From the NCBI RefSeq assembly GCF_006345805.1, contig NC_042997.1:155868001-155932000 (forward strand): 64,000 bases of DNA, in the 5' to 3' direction. This stretch comes from Octopus sinensis (lineage: Eukaryota). Shown here piece after piece: positions 40,485-54,009 of the stretch. The notes below the pieces were generated by a model. The model did not search any database. It saw only the letters and a list, made by a program, of their open reading frames with translations, and was not told where the DNA came from. Position 1 is the stretch's first letter; each line of letters starts with the position of its first letter. A program made the translations under genes and the position numbers.

Positions 40485-41070
40485 ACACAATGCCACGCAT
40501 CTATTTCCAAGTAAGTTTTATCTTAATAATTTCGATGCAACACTTATTCTCTTTCCCTCTCCCTTTTTGTTTCCTCTCTCTTCCCTTTTCTAATTCTTTT
40601 TATCTCCTGTTTTCGCATTTTTCTCTCTCATCCTTTCTCTAATTCTTTTCCTTTCCCATTTGCTGTTCTCTGTTTGTTTCTCATTGTTCCTCCTTTGCTC
40701 TCTCGTTCGCATGTGACGATCGGCCATCTTTTCTTTGTTTCCTTCTGATCAGCCGTAGGGACAAGATGCATTCTTGTCTGTCGCCTGTTAGAGCTTGTTC
40801 CTCCACGTTCGCCAAATCACCTATTTTAGGCTTAGCAGCCCTTCCTGTTTGTTTTCATTGTCCTGTTTTTGTTACCAACTTTGACCCTCTGCAAAATCCC
40901 AAATTTTATTTAATTCGCTTTGTGGGAGCAACTGTTTTATCGAAAACCTATCTTGTCATCAATTGCTTGAAATGCGGATTAGTAAAACAGCCGACAACTG
41001 ATGAAGGGTCATATTCCATGTTTACGTATTTCATGTTGTTTATGTTCTGCAATGTCCTGTGCCCATATAT
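40485..41070 (+). mobile_element. Penelope-like terminal/UTR repeat, copy 1
   Basis: Pyrimidine tract, gtgacgatcggccatc, actgttttatcgaaa, aacagccgacaactgatgaagg; an inverted relative lies at 49265-49915. Confidence 0.55.
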
Positions 41071-42018
41071 GCATATATATGTAAGTATGTACATATATGT
41101 ATGTATATATACATATATACACATACATACATACATATACATACACACATATATATATATACATACATATACATACACATATATATATTATGTACATACA
41201 TATACATACACATATATATATTATGTACATACATATACACACACATAAACACATACATATATATTAGATATGAAACAAAAATAAGCTATACTCAGAGTGG
41301 TCAGTGGGAAAATACAACAAAAATTCTTGATTTATTGAAACTATTTCTGCTTCTGGAAGACATGTTATAATTAGTAAATGGCAACTGAATATAGCTTCAT
41401 ATGAGAAAGGAAGCTAATCTCAAGAATTTCTCTAAAGATGACATGTTACTGATGAAAAAAGAGGAAAGTTGTGGATATGTGTTTCTGTCTTAATAGGCAT
41501 CATCAGTATGGTTATTGCCCTACCATACTCCACAGGCAAAGAATTTAAACAAAAATTTATACACTAAACATGGTCCCTTTCCCCCCAACCCCATCAGCAC
41601 CAACAATGATAAAACCTCTGGTATCATATATCTTCACATGCTATAAAAAGCTGAATTCTTCATTTGTAATGGACTGTTTCATTTCCTGAAGAATTTTGAG
41701 GATGCAATGGTATATTCCATTGAGAAGTGTTAAAGCAAGCTGTTGTGTCTACATTCCTTCAGTTTTGAAAAAGTCCACTCAACAAATGCTTATGTATATG
41801 TCAAAAATGATGACTACCATTGATAGTATTTTAAACACAATTTTGAATAATACATAAATAGTTTTACATGGTTATTAAATGTTGATTATTTTTTTGTTTT
41901 TGAAATTACATGTTTATACACCTCATAAAATCATACACATGTACAAAAAACCTAAACTTTCAGCCTCTCAAATTCATAACCAACCTTAATTGACAAAAGC
42001 AAAAGGAAGTCTACTTAC

Positions 42019-42078
42019 CTCAATTGCATATTGGGCCATTAAAGAAATATCTCTTTCATCTAGCAGTGCATATTTGGA
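42019..42078 (-). CDS. Candidate internal exon SKYALLDERDISLMAQYAIE of an unidentified gene
   Basis: Acceptor ctgttttttctttaatttcag|, donor GAG|gtaagt, 60 nt, phase 0-0, only one of three frames open. Confidence 0.7.
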
Positions 42079-45000
42079 CTGAAATTAAAGAAAAAACAGA
42101 TTGAAATTAATTTACTATAAAAGCTTTGCAAATTCAATATTAGCTTTGAAACAAATTTTCCTTTAATTATACTGATACAAAAATCAAACTAATTCAACAT
42201 TTTGGAACATTTAGAGAAAACTTCAAGAAACTATAAGAAATAAGAATAAACCAAAAAGTTTCTTCACTTACATCCGGTTTCCATGGAGAAATGAAAGCAA
42301 AATAACTGACTGGACAAAATATTTGACAACTAGCTTAGAGATCCTAAGTTCGTATTAGCTGCAAATCTTTCTCTGGGTTAGACATGACTATAGAAGTAAC
42401 TGCAGTGTATAAGGTACCAGATTTTCTGGGAGCGATTATCTATTTAATGCTACAGAATCTGGTACAAAACATTAGATTATATTCCTCCTCTTAGTTCATA
42501 GAGACATCATTGCTCATTATTTAAATGCTAGCATAAGCTGTGCAACTGTAAATTAAGACATTCACATATATTGTTGGATGCATTTTAACAGCTAGATTTT
42601 AAAAACAACGGTTGCTGCCAATGCCATTGGTTAGAAGATTACCACCTAGACTAGACTGCCTGTCTGTCCACATACACACATCACAGACAGTATAGTAAAG
42701 GTGATTATGTGTATATGGAGAGAGAGAGATTTTACTGTTTAGTCAGGAAAAGAAGGGCAATAACTATATCTCCTACCATCATTTGCTTCTGGGTCTGGAA
42801 GTGGAAACCTGATCTAAATGCTTGCAACAGAATGATCACCACTTAAGACATCCAAAGATCAGATGGGGATATTAAAATAATATACAAATGGTATTTTCTC
42901 AATCAAACTGGTATTCACAACATCTATGCTACATGTGTATGTGTGTACACACACATATACATGCCTGCGTTTAGTTCACACACGCACCAAGTACAGAAAA
43001 CCCAATAACTGAACAACTACCATACTAGTTTACCATGAGTACAGTGTTAGAATTATTTCATATTACAAACTATAAATAATTAAAAAAATGTTATATAGTC
43101 ATCAGAGCTTGCTAGGAAATGTGAAAAACAATAAAAGGAGAGAATGAACAAGATTATTTCCACTTGGCAGTTTCTAACAAATCAAAAATTTACTTGTTAA
43201 TTATCTCCAAAAAGATAATTAACATTTTCATATAGGCTTAAAACAAAATTGAAAACATTATAAAGATCTTTAGAGAGAAGTGGCAAAAGTAAAACAGTTT
43301 GTTTCAGATGCCACCTGTTCAAATCAAAAAAACATTGTTGTTCGGAATAATAATTATAATAGATTCACTTGAGAAAGTACTTGAGCAGTAGATATGAAAA
43401 CAAAAACAAGATTTGGATAATGCTCCAATGAAGGAGGAATATTTATAGTTAAAATTAAAAGCAGGCTTTCATTAGCATCCTCTTAACTGCTGCTTCTTTT
43501 GTTACAGATGATTGAGTATTCATTCACAGACAAAGAGAAAAAAAACCTCCCCAAAAACACATAACCAAACAAAACAAAGAACTTCATGGTCACACTCCAC
43601 CTATTTCTACAAAGGAATTTTACTGAAACAGATTATGGGAAATAATTGAAGTTTGGAAAGAAATAACTTACAACAATGTAAGACTATAATTAGATATTAA
43701 TTTCCATCATTATCTAAATTTACCATACATGATAATAAGAATCTAATATCACAAAGCATAATTTTATTCCTATGAAATTGCCTGTATGACTTAAATTCTT
43801 TGTATAGTTTGTAGTAATCAGCTCTATACTGAAATTTAACTAAATCTTATATTGCCAGTTGATTTTTTTTTTTTACATGTTCACTATCTTGTTAGATGGT
43901 GAATCATTAGGCAGCCTGTTGGTAAAGGTTGTATAAGATGGATTGTTTTGCAGTAATTATTCTAGCTCATTGAGATCTAATCCTGCCAAGGTCAACTTTA
44001 CATTTCACTCTTTCAAAGTCAATAAAAAAAATACAAGCCAAGCACTGGAGGTGATTCTCCTTTTCCTCAAACTATTATTAAAAAAACAATTATCCTGTTT
44101 CTTTCCCTCCTTCTAAAACAGATCAACTATGGTCAGACCTGCAGAAGAATAGACTTCCCCAGCCATGCCATATATCATGACAATGCTGATACAATTCCAT
44201 CAAAAACTTAAGAGTCCATGGTGTGACACGGAATTTTAATTATTTTGTATGTAGGGGCTACAAAATAAAAAAACCCCACATGTATTGCCTTTAGTTATTC
44301 TGAAGACAAAGACCATGTACCGAGTATTTTAGTGGGTTCTACTAGACATTCCTGGGGAAACATCTAAAATACAAAAGATGACAATCTTGAAGATGATGAG
44401 TAACAAGAAACTGACAGATATTCTTCTTGTTAATGATTATTTTTCATGCACAATTCAAGTTTTTGGCAAGAGGACAAATTCTATCACTCTTCTACTTTGC
44501 CAGATTATAGCAAATCTTTGTGTTAGCATATATGATTGGCAAGGAAACTAGTAAACAGCACACCTGCTTTGGGCAGTTTGACAACCTGATAATCAGAGTG
44601 ACAAGAGCCAATTATATAAAGAAGGTAGGTGCTAAAGAAATAAATCAATATCATACCTAATCAAGCAGGAAATACACAAACTTTTTTTTAATATACATTC
44701 CAAGAGAAGTTAAAAGATATTAAGTGGAGAGTATAACAAGAAAATCCTTTGGAATTTTGTTTCTGATACCAAATTAGTTCCTTAGAAATTATAAAAACTT
44801 AGAAAGACAGTGTATGGAATAGAAAGATATATAAATTCCCCCACCCCACCAAACTAAGATCTCTTAGAGCTATTTTACATTCTCATGTATGAAGTTACCT
44901 TTGCAAAGTGAAAATTAAAGCAAAACAGAAATAGATAAGCTCTTAAAAATAAAAAGTATCAAACAAAAAGTATGCATATATCTTCAAGATTTCTCTGCCA

Positions 45001-45799
45001 GCCAATTAAAACATTCTTCACTTTAGTGCTTAGATGCTATCAAGGGTTTTTTTGTAAAAATATTAACAGCAAAAATAGCTTAAGATTTGTAGCAAATGCA
45101 ATACTTCTAAATAAATGCAGAAAAAAAGAGAATTTATTAAGGATTGTAAGTTCTTGGTGGGATTTTAAATATAAATTTTTAGATTTTTTTAAATTCAAGG
45201 ATAAAATAAAAAAACAAATCAAGAATTATATATGCATATTTTCAAAATATAAACAAAAATTCAAATATTTTCACTGAGCATTATCAATTTTCTTACATAG
45301 CAAGCTAAATACACCATCCATTTTAATACCATCACCTGGATTTTGGGTGCGTTTCCTAAAGTTCACTCTTATGTATATATATATTTAGTTAGACTAGACC
45401 CAGTCCCCTCTTTGTTTACTTTTTCCTTTCAGACATTAGACCACCTCCCACTCCCAAATTCTCCCAGTTAATTGCAGGGATTTATTCCCTATCCTTTTTC
45501 TGTTATGCAACTTATTTGGCAACCCTTCTAGTGCTGGTGGCACACACACACACACACACACACAAAAAAAAAACACTAACACACTGTAAAGTGGATTAAG
45601 TGTTCTTCAACTAGAGTGGAAATAACCTATTTAAAACTTAATCTTAATCACCATTTTAATGCCCATATATCTTACATTGTAAGCAGAAGAACACTTTTTT
45701 CTTAGAAAAGATATCCAACCATACATGTTCATCCCAGTACATACACTTCCCCTTCATAAATCAGACTGTTTTTTTTTTTTTTGTTATTTCTATTAATAG

Positions 45800-45888
45800 T
45801 GCATTCAGGAGGAAGTGCAATATTGATGTCCTTCGTTGGTCCTATGAGGGTGATGGATTGATGAAGATGATGTTTGGTTTGAACATTT
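45800..45888 (+). other. Candidate plus-strand exon (AFRRKCNIDVLRWSYEGDGLMKMMFGLNI if coding)
   Basis: Long T tract and attaatag| acceptor, donor ttt|gtaagt, one open frame; no homology recognised. Confidence 0.25.
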
Positions 45889-46242
45889 GTAAGTTAACAC
45901 CTACAGGAAAAAAAGTAGATGAGGAAAGGGCTGAGACTCAGGGGAGAAAGAATCCAGAAAAAACGGTTAGTTTTGGATGATGTGAGATGGAGATATCTAT
46001 TACTTGAGAGAAAACAAAAACAAAAAATTAAAAAAAAACAGCAGAAGAAAGGCCGTGTAGTCTGAAATAAACATAACTCTGTTTAATCAGTGATCTGGAG
46101 ATAAACAATAACTCAGTTTTCATGTCACATGTGACTGGTACACACCTTTTCATAAATAGTCTATTTTTCTAAACCAAACTCATATCAAGAATATAATTCT
46201 TCTAACTATTTATCCCATTTTTAAAGATAAAACATCTATTTT

Positions 46243-46561
46243 ATATTCTGTTGTGTTTGGGGAGAGTCATTTTCTTTTTGTGCCTTATAATGTAACATAC
46301 TCACCGGTAAAATTTCCATTTATTTTTATTTTCCTAAAATGTTCGTTGCATTTTGCAACCTTTTCAATAGTCTTTTTATTTTCCTAAATTTTTCGTTGAG
46401 TCTTGCAACCTTTTCAATAGTCAAGACTATTGAAAAGGTTGCAAGACGCAATGAAAATTTTAGGAAAATAAAAATAAGAAATAAGTGGAAATTTTACCAG
46501 TGAGTGTGTTACATTATAAGGCACAAAAAGAAAATGACTCTCCCCAGACACAACAGAATAT
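46243..46561. mobile_element. Foldback (palindromic) MITE-like element
   Basis: Arms meet at a 2-nt loop (46423-46424); the left arm carries a 50-bp tandem duplication (46323-46372, 46373-46422). Confidence 0.9.
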
Positions 46562-46799
46562 GCAATATGCTTTAACACACAAACTCATATAAAGAATCTT
46601 GCAAACCAAATCCAAAAACGAAATCTATTTTATATTTATATTTTCAATTTCTATCAGTTTGATTACTGGTTGTCATCAAGCATTTTTTCTTGGCTGCATA
46701 TATAGTACAAGACTGGATTAAAAGAATAATATACCCCACCTGATGGTGAACAAAGATGAGGCCAATCAAAATATAGAGTAGATTTTCTTTTTTTTTTAT

Positions 46800-47005
46800 A
46801 AATATTGGTTTCAAATTTTGGCATAAGGCCAGCAATTTTGGGGGAGAGGTTAAGTCCATTAAATCAACTCCAGTGCTCAACTGGTACTTGTTTAGTCTAC
46901 CCCAAGAGGATGAAAGGCAAAGTAGACCCTGGCAGCATTTGAACTTAGAACATAAAGTCATAAGAAATACTGCTAAGCAGTAACAACTCTGCCAGCTCAC
47001 CAACT
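46800..47005 (-). mobile_element. Meta-like SINE
   Basis: tttcaaattttggcataaggcc...ctggtacttg...ggatgaaaggcaaagtagacc...atttgaact. Confidence 0.75.
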
Positions 47006-48591
47006 TAATGTAGATATAAACGTTAAAAATAATATTCATATGTAACAATCAAGTTAATAGTCCGAGCAATTATAATCATATTAACAATTCTTCAACTTAG
47101 ACACTTAGCCAATTAATGATCTAATTAACATTTAACTCAGATTTTTATCAACAGCAGTTCCACTGTCTGCATCTTAATGCAGGTGATCAGGAGGAAATTG
47201 GTTTTCTAAGCTGACTGGGAACACACACACAACTCTACACTAACTCACCAAAATTATTTACATGAACTCTATGTGGTCACTAAATGTAGTAGAAATAGCA
47301 GCCAATCCCTCTCAGATCATACTCCAAAATACCATAAAAATAGGAAACATGTCTATCCAGGATAACACTCATGTATACACTACTCCTTAAAAATATGAAA
47401 GAAAAAAAAAAGAGAGGACAGTCATGTTTTGAATGTTTTTGATCAAAGGTCTATCCGGTCATGGTTGACCTAGGGTTAAACAACAACTTGACTAAACTTA
47501 TTGATTACATTTAAAGTTGTGTGTACTAATCTACAGATGTTCCCAGCAGGAAACATCTGTAAGAAAAAAAAGTCACAGCTAAATAACTAATCAGGTAATT
47601 TTAATGATGCCATTGAGATTTTACTGTTATTGTTCATAAGTTGGAAGTGAATTTAAAAGAAAAAAAAAAACAAAAACAAAAATGAATTCTATGATTAATA
47701 AAAACTGGTGTCATTAAAATCAATTTACTGGAAAAAAAAATTTTTTTGATATCTAAAAATAATAATCATTTCTAACATTTTCTAATATTGATTTTTAGAA
47801 TAATAACAATATGTAAGACAGAAACTGTTGAAAACTTAAAAAAATATACATACAATACAAAGAAAGCTATTTTCTTGCATTGTCATTTTTTTTTGTAAAA
47901 TTCTTTTGAGAAAGTAAACATCTCCTGTTTATCTTTTATTGCCATAGAAGATATAAAAGCTATCCTAGTTAGAACAAGTTTAAAATATCCATAAATCATA
48001 GTTTTAGGTATAATACTTGAAAAAAAAAAAGGAAAATAAAAAAAAAATGTGATGCATTTTAACAGTTTTTAAAAGAGGCCTTATGAATTGCTGAGTAGAA
48101 GACAGAGCTGTCTTTGTCTGTAAAAGACACATTTTTATTTAAGAGAATTGATATATATATATATCAATATATATATATATATATATAAAACACAAAACCA
48201 AACAGAAAAATATAGCTATTTCTCTCTGCTTTGCATTTTTTTGTCAAAATATAGTCTTCAATATTTGAAACAGATAAAATAAAAACTATGTCACAGATGT
48301 CCATCATAGTTCCATTCACAGAATAATACTTGAGAAAAATTTCTTCAATTTTATTATTATTTTTTTTTAACAAACTAGCAAACACAAATTATTCTATTTT
48401 ATTTATGCTGCTAAGTGAATGACAGTCTTAACCCATGGCTTTCTGAAAGTTCATGTTACTAAAACAGAAATATTACACATCTGCTCAAAATGTTCCACTT
48501 ATTACTTAACAATAAAGATAAAGAGAGGAAGCAAATGAAATAAAAATGTTCTCCACACTATACATACTAATGGATGATGAAATTGTTTTTA

Positions 48592-48781
48592 ACCCTTTAG
48601 CATTAAAATTCCTTTCTCAAATGTAATGATCATTTATTCACATTGTTTTGAATTAATTATGCATTATCTTTAGCTTTGAGATTTCAATGATGTAATTATT
48701 TATTTTTAGAATGACATTGTAGGGTAAGTATGAGAGGCTGGATCTGACAGGTTTCAACATGAAACAAGTAGAATATTTGGT
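48592..48781. mobile_element. Truncated piggyBac-type MITE
   Basis: ttaa|ccctttagcat start; body is the reverse complement of 62621-62839. Confidence 0.7.
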
Positions 48782-48919
48782 CCCCTCTAAACTGTGTGAG
48801 AAATTAATTTAGCAAAATCAACTTCAATGGATTTATAAAAATGCATAGTATAGATATTAATATACCAAACAAACATACAAGGGCCTGTTTTTTTCTGATT
48901 TGGATTCTAAGTTGACTAT

Positions 48920-49105
48920 GCACGCATGCACACACACACACACACACATGTATGATGAGTTACTTTCAATTTCCATCTACCAAATCCACTCACAAGGCTT
49001 TGGTTGGCCCAAGGCTATAGTAGAAGACACTTGCCGAAGGACTGAACCTGGAACCATGTGGTTGGGAAGCAATCTTTTTACCACACAGCTAAGCCTGCAC
49101 CTAAG
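48920..49105 (-). mobile_element. SINE head
   Basis: ctaccaaatccactcacaaggctttggttggcccaaggctatagtagaagacacttgcc...accacacagc. Confidence 0.85.
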
Positions 49106-49264
49106 AATTGAAAAATCATTTTTTGCTTCTGGAAAGCTTTACAAGAAATATAATATAGTCATGTCCAAAAGTCTAACTTAAACTAAATATGTCCACCCAT
49201 TACATTATTCTCTCTCATAAAGATGCCTCATATATACATGCATATATATATATGTGTGTGTGAG

Positions 49265-49915
49265 TGTGTGCGTATATGTGGGTACAGGACATCACAAAAC
49301 GTGTACAACAAAAAATACGACGTATGAGTACATGGAATATGAACTATTTTTTCGAACAACGAAAGACACAAATGGAAAACCAGACAAACAATATAAAGAA
49401 TGATCCTTCATCAGTTGTTGGCTGTTTATCTACTCTTGTATTTCAAGCATTTAACAACAATATATACTTTCGATAAAACAGTTGCCCTCGCAAAGCAAAT
49501 TAAATCAAATTTAAGATTTGCGGAGGGTTAAAATTCGTAACACAAACAGAACAGTGAAAACAAACAGGATGGACTGCTAAGCCTGCACAAAGTTGTATTG
49601 GTGAATGTGTAAATCAAGCTTGAACAGGAGGCAGACAAGAACATGTCTTCCTTGATTCAGCTACAACGGAGAGAAAAAACTGAAACACAAGTGAGAAGAA
49701 AGATGGCCGATGGTCACGTGGGAGCCACGTGAGCAAGGGTGGAAGAATGAGGGAGAGAGAATGACAAACAGAGAACTATGAAGGGGAGAGGAAAAAATTG
49801 GAGATAGGATAAGTGAGAAAAAACAGGAGGGGGAGAAGGGGAGGTAGAAGAATAAGAGAAAGGAAGAGAAAAATGAAAGAGTAATAGGATAGAATGGGAG
49901 CCACATGAGCACATT
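49265..49915 (-). mobile_element. Penelope-like terminal/UTR repeat, copy 2
   Basis: Reverse complement shares blocks with 40485-41070 and has an extra ~60-nt segment absent from copy 1. Confidence 0.55.
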
Positions 49916-51042
49916 ATACACACATACACACACACACACACACTAATAAGTAAAGAGTTCTAGAACTTTATCGTGTTTAGAATGCTAAAGCAAAAGAAAC
50001 AAGCTGACACTAAGACTATAAAAATGATGATGAGGTGTTTCTATAGGATAGACACTAACAAGCCTCTTTCACTTCTTCTCCTCTTAATAATACAGCTGAC
50101 AGTTTGTACAAACCTGGTGCAGCAGAGCAACAGAGAGGATGAGGAAGGCATAAGCTGCTGTTTTGTAAACTGACTAGGTTTATTCAACAGCAGGAAAATA
50201 GGATCGATACAGATATCATCAGCCAGTCTAGTATTTATCTAGCTACACCAGGTTTCCAGCTGAATGGAACAAAAGTCTGTTACTGCTGTAGACAGGAATC
50301 GACCAGACATGCAATAAACAGTAGGATCCAAGTAAAGCTAGAAGAAATGAAGAAAGCAGAATGCTAGAGAACCGATAACAGATGGCTCTAATGAAACTCC
50401 TCAAATTCTTCTTTGGTTTGAAATATTAACAAGAAAATGAAAACTAAAAATGAATTTGGTAATCAGGAAACTTGTGAAAAGAACGGTCTATTTTTCCAAT
50501 TTTTTTTTTTCTTTTTCCATGTATATATTAAGCCTCATACTACAGTAAATAATGAAATTTTGAGCTCAAATATTTAGGAAATAAGATATTAGATCTATGG
50601 TTTAAAAAAAAAAAATGAAGAACAGAAATCATTTTGAAGTAAAATTTATAACATTGTCTGAGTTTCTCTAAAAGGTTTCATGTATTCATATACAGAAGAA
50701 TATTTTAAAAGCACATTTTATTTAATAAAAATCCCCCCACCTCCCTTTCAAAAAGTAAAACCTTAAAAATTCTTAATTCTATTTTTTCACTTCTTTCTTT
50801 CTTTAATTTTAAAAATAATGAAGAAAAGATTCTGTTAATAACATTAAGGTATGTAAAAATAATAAACACCGAACCAACTTTATTTTATATTTACTTAGAT
50901 ATTAATGCCTATGAGCAAATCTTCAAATATCTTTTGCCATCCTAATAATGTTATTATGCTCAGTAATCAACTTTATTTCATAATAATAGCTGCCTGAAGC
51001 AAGATAAATTCCTTGGTTTAGACATAATTTTTAGTTTCACAC

Positions 51043-51526
51043 ATACATATATATATATATATATACATACACATACATATATGTATACACACACACATAT
51101 ATATACATACACATACATATATATATACATACACATACATATATGTATACACACACACATATATACACACACACACACATATATATATACACACACACAC
51201 ACATATATATATACATACACATATACATACACATACACATATATATATACATACACATACATATATATACATACACATACATATATATACATACACATAC
51301 ATATATATACATACACATACATATATGTATACACACACACATATATACATACACATATATATATACATACACATACATATATGTATACACACACATATAT
51401 ACATACACATACATATATGTATACACACACACATATATACATACACATACATATATGTATACACACACACATATATACATACACATACATATATATATAT
51501 ATACACACACACATATATACATACAC

Positions 51527-51561
<35 letters not shown>

Positions 51562-51625
51562 TACACACACACACACATACACACATATATATATATATGC
51601 AAATATATATAAACACACACATACA
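51043..51625. repeat. ~580-bp compound TA/CA satellite with higher-order units
   Basis: Recurrent tacatacacatacatatatgtatacacacacacata-like units; source of ORFs 50978-51668. Confidence 0.97.
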
Positions 51626-53146
51626 CACACTCTTTGCAAAATTAAAGTCTCAATATGAAACAAACTAATAATTAATTGTATTATTGTTTTAATTAAAATT
51701 TACTGAAAGGACTTTTTATGACTATTATTTATTTGTTCAAAAACCACATTTAGCAGAATTATATAATAAGAAGGAAGGTGCAGTGAAAACAAAAGTAAAC
51801 AGAGGAGGAGGAGGAGTAGCAAAATCAATACTCTAACATAGTAATATGATTATCTTTAGAAGAGATTAGAGAATTTTTCAAAAACAAAAAAAAAAAAAAA
51901 TAAAAAATAAAAATGTAAAATGAATGAACAAAATATCTTTCTTAAAACAATTATTAATTCCACAGCCAATTAGCTTTCAGTGAAATATTGATCATGTACT
52001 AGGACTAGTTAGGCAACAAACCACAATTTGATTCTGTCTAACAAAGATAAACAATAACCAAGCGGAGAAGTTTTGAACTAAAAATTTCACTTGAGCAAGC
52101 AAATAGCTATCTTTTAGTGCTTTGTTCATTTAAGATATATATATATTGTTGCTTACACATGCAAAACACATTAGAGAAGAATGTAAGAAATTCCAATTTC
52201 CCTAAATAATCACACCATAAAAAGTATTTGGAGGGAGAGGAATTATTTTAGAAGGAATTATGAACAAGTAAAAAAATAAATTAAAAAAAAAGAAAGAAAG
52301 AAAAGAAAACCTATACCTGTCACTCACAAGTAAACATGACCTAGTAATATGTACCACATTTATGTTGATTGTTTTTATGGCACCAATGAAGCTATGGAGC
52401 AGATATGTACACATGGACACCCTTGCAGTTCTCCCACCCATGACCCTGCGGAACATACAGATGGGACAACTGGAGGGAGAGATGGTCGCATCAACACTCA
52501 GCTGGTACTCATTTCAGCTGAGTAGGCGAAAACACAGGGAAATGATGTTTTTTACTCTAAACATAACACGCTTCCTGGTCCAAGAATTGAACCCATGACG
52601 TTATGATTATGAAACCGACACCCTAACCTCATAGCTACACATCTTCACATTAGGAAGAGATAAGCAGTTAAAGTAGAAACACTTAGAACTATTACTAATC
52701 AACTTCTGTCATTTTATTTTTATTAATTTGTTTACACATTAGTATTAATACTCTATTACTGTGGTGGTACCTTCACAGGTCTTAGTTGTTGATAATGACC
52801 CCAGTACATATTTCAGCCAGATACTAGCAATCTCTATTGAATTATATTACATTTATTTTTATCTACTAGGACTCAAAGACGGGAAGGGTGTCAATGACTT
52901 TTGCAGGCTAAGACTGGTGAGATTGAAGCTTTTAATGTTCCACTTAAACTACTGGAACCCAACACACTGTTCCACAGCAACACACACGTGACAATCTTCT
53001 GCACAGTTTCTACTCATCAAAATTGATCCACAAAGTAATGGTCAACTTGAGACTAGAGTAGAGAACATGACAAACAGCAGAATCAAACAGGGAAACACAT
53101 GTAGTTTATATGTGAGAGATTTATTTTTCAGTTAAAATATAAAGAA

Positions 53147-53321
53147 ACTAGCAGTATCGCCCGGCGTTGCTCGGGTTTGTTTCGACCCTTTAGAATTGGA
53201 ATTTTTGAAAAGTAAAAATTTTGCATTATGTAGCTTGTTATTCTCTTTAAGTGAACATTTTTCTGGTTGAAATACACCGACAGACACACAGACAGACAAA
53301 CTGCCGTTTATATATATAGAG
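53147..53321 (+). mobile_element. Non-autonomous Helitron/Helentron-like element
   Basis: 5' actagcagtatcgcccggcgttgctcggg with a subterminal hairpin; 3' (CAGA)n then ccgtttatatatatagag. Architecture recalled from Lep1/DINE-type elements; CpG-rich, so probably young. Confidence 0.6.
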
Positions 53322-53415
53322 AAGATATATATATAGATTACTTGCAAATGAGATGTTAACTAATTCAACTGTCCAACAATCACTAATATATAAACATATA
53401 TACATGGCAGAAGTG

Positions 53416-53700
53416 AAGGTGTGTAGCTTAGTGGTTGGGAGTTTGATCCCTGGTGGTACATTGTGTCCTTGAGCAAGACACTTTATTTCACATTGCTCCA
53501 GTCCACTCAGCTAGCAAAAATGATTAGTACCTGTATTTCAAAGGGCCAATGTTGTCACATTCTGTGTCACACTGAATCTCCCTGAGAACTACCTTAAGGG
53601 TATGTTTGTTTGTGGAGCGCTCAGCCACTTGCATGTTAATTTCACAAGCAGGCTGTTCCATTGATCAGATCAACAGGAACCCATATCAGCATAACTCATG
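53416..53700 (+). mobile_element. tRNA-derived SINE with CORE/V-like central motif
   Basis: gtgtagcttagtggtt...gtttgatccc...gtgtccttgagcaagacactttatttcacattgctccagtccactcagc. Confidence 0.7.
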
Positions 53701-53726
53701 AAGTTCCAGTTTTTTTTTTTTTCACC

Positions 53727-53849
53727 TGACAGAAAGTTACAAAAGTTTACTCAAGAGATGAGTTTTTATGTGTATTGCACTTATTTGAACTTTAATATGT
53801 GCAATGTACAAAACTCTCAGCATTTGAGTCACTTTTGTAAATTTTGTCA
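53727..53849. repeat. Imperfect ~123-nt stem-loop
   Basis: tgacagaaagttacaaaagtttactcaa...tattgcac pairs with gtgcaatg...ttgagtcacttttgtaaattttgtca. Confidence 0.8.
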
Positions 53850-54009
53850 ATTAAAAAAGTATAAGATTTGAACTCAAATTGTAAACAGACGTAAACCTAA
53901 TACCATAAGGGAAAGTGTCTGCTGCTTTGCCAGATCTACTTATCCACCATCCTAATAATAATAGAAGGAAGAAAGACAGAGAGAGAAAGAGAAAAAATTT
54001 CTCTTTTAC

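Noticed and set aside
44241-44267. 9-bp hairpin (also the 10-bp stem near 47532-47560 and the imperfect repeat near 42415-42478)
   Set aside because: Short stems of this size are expected by chance in AT-rich 64 kb.
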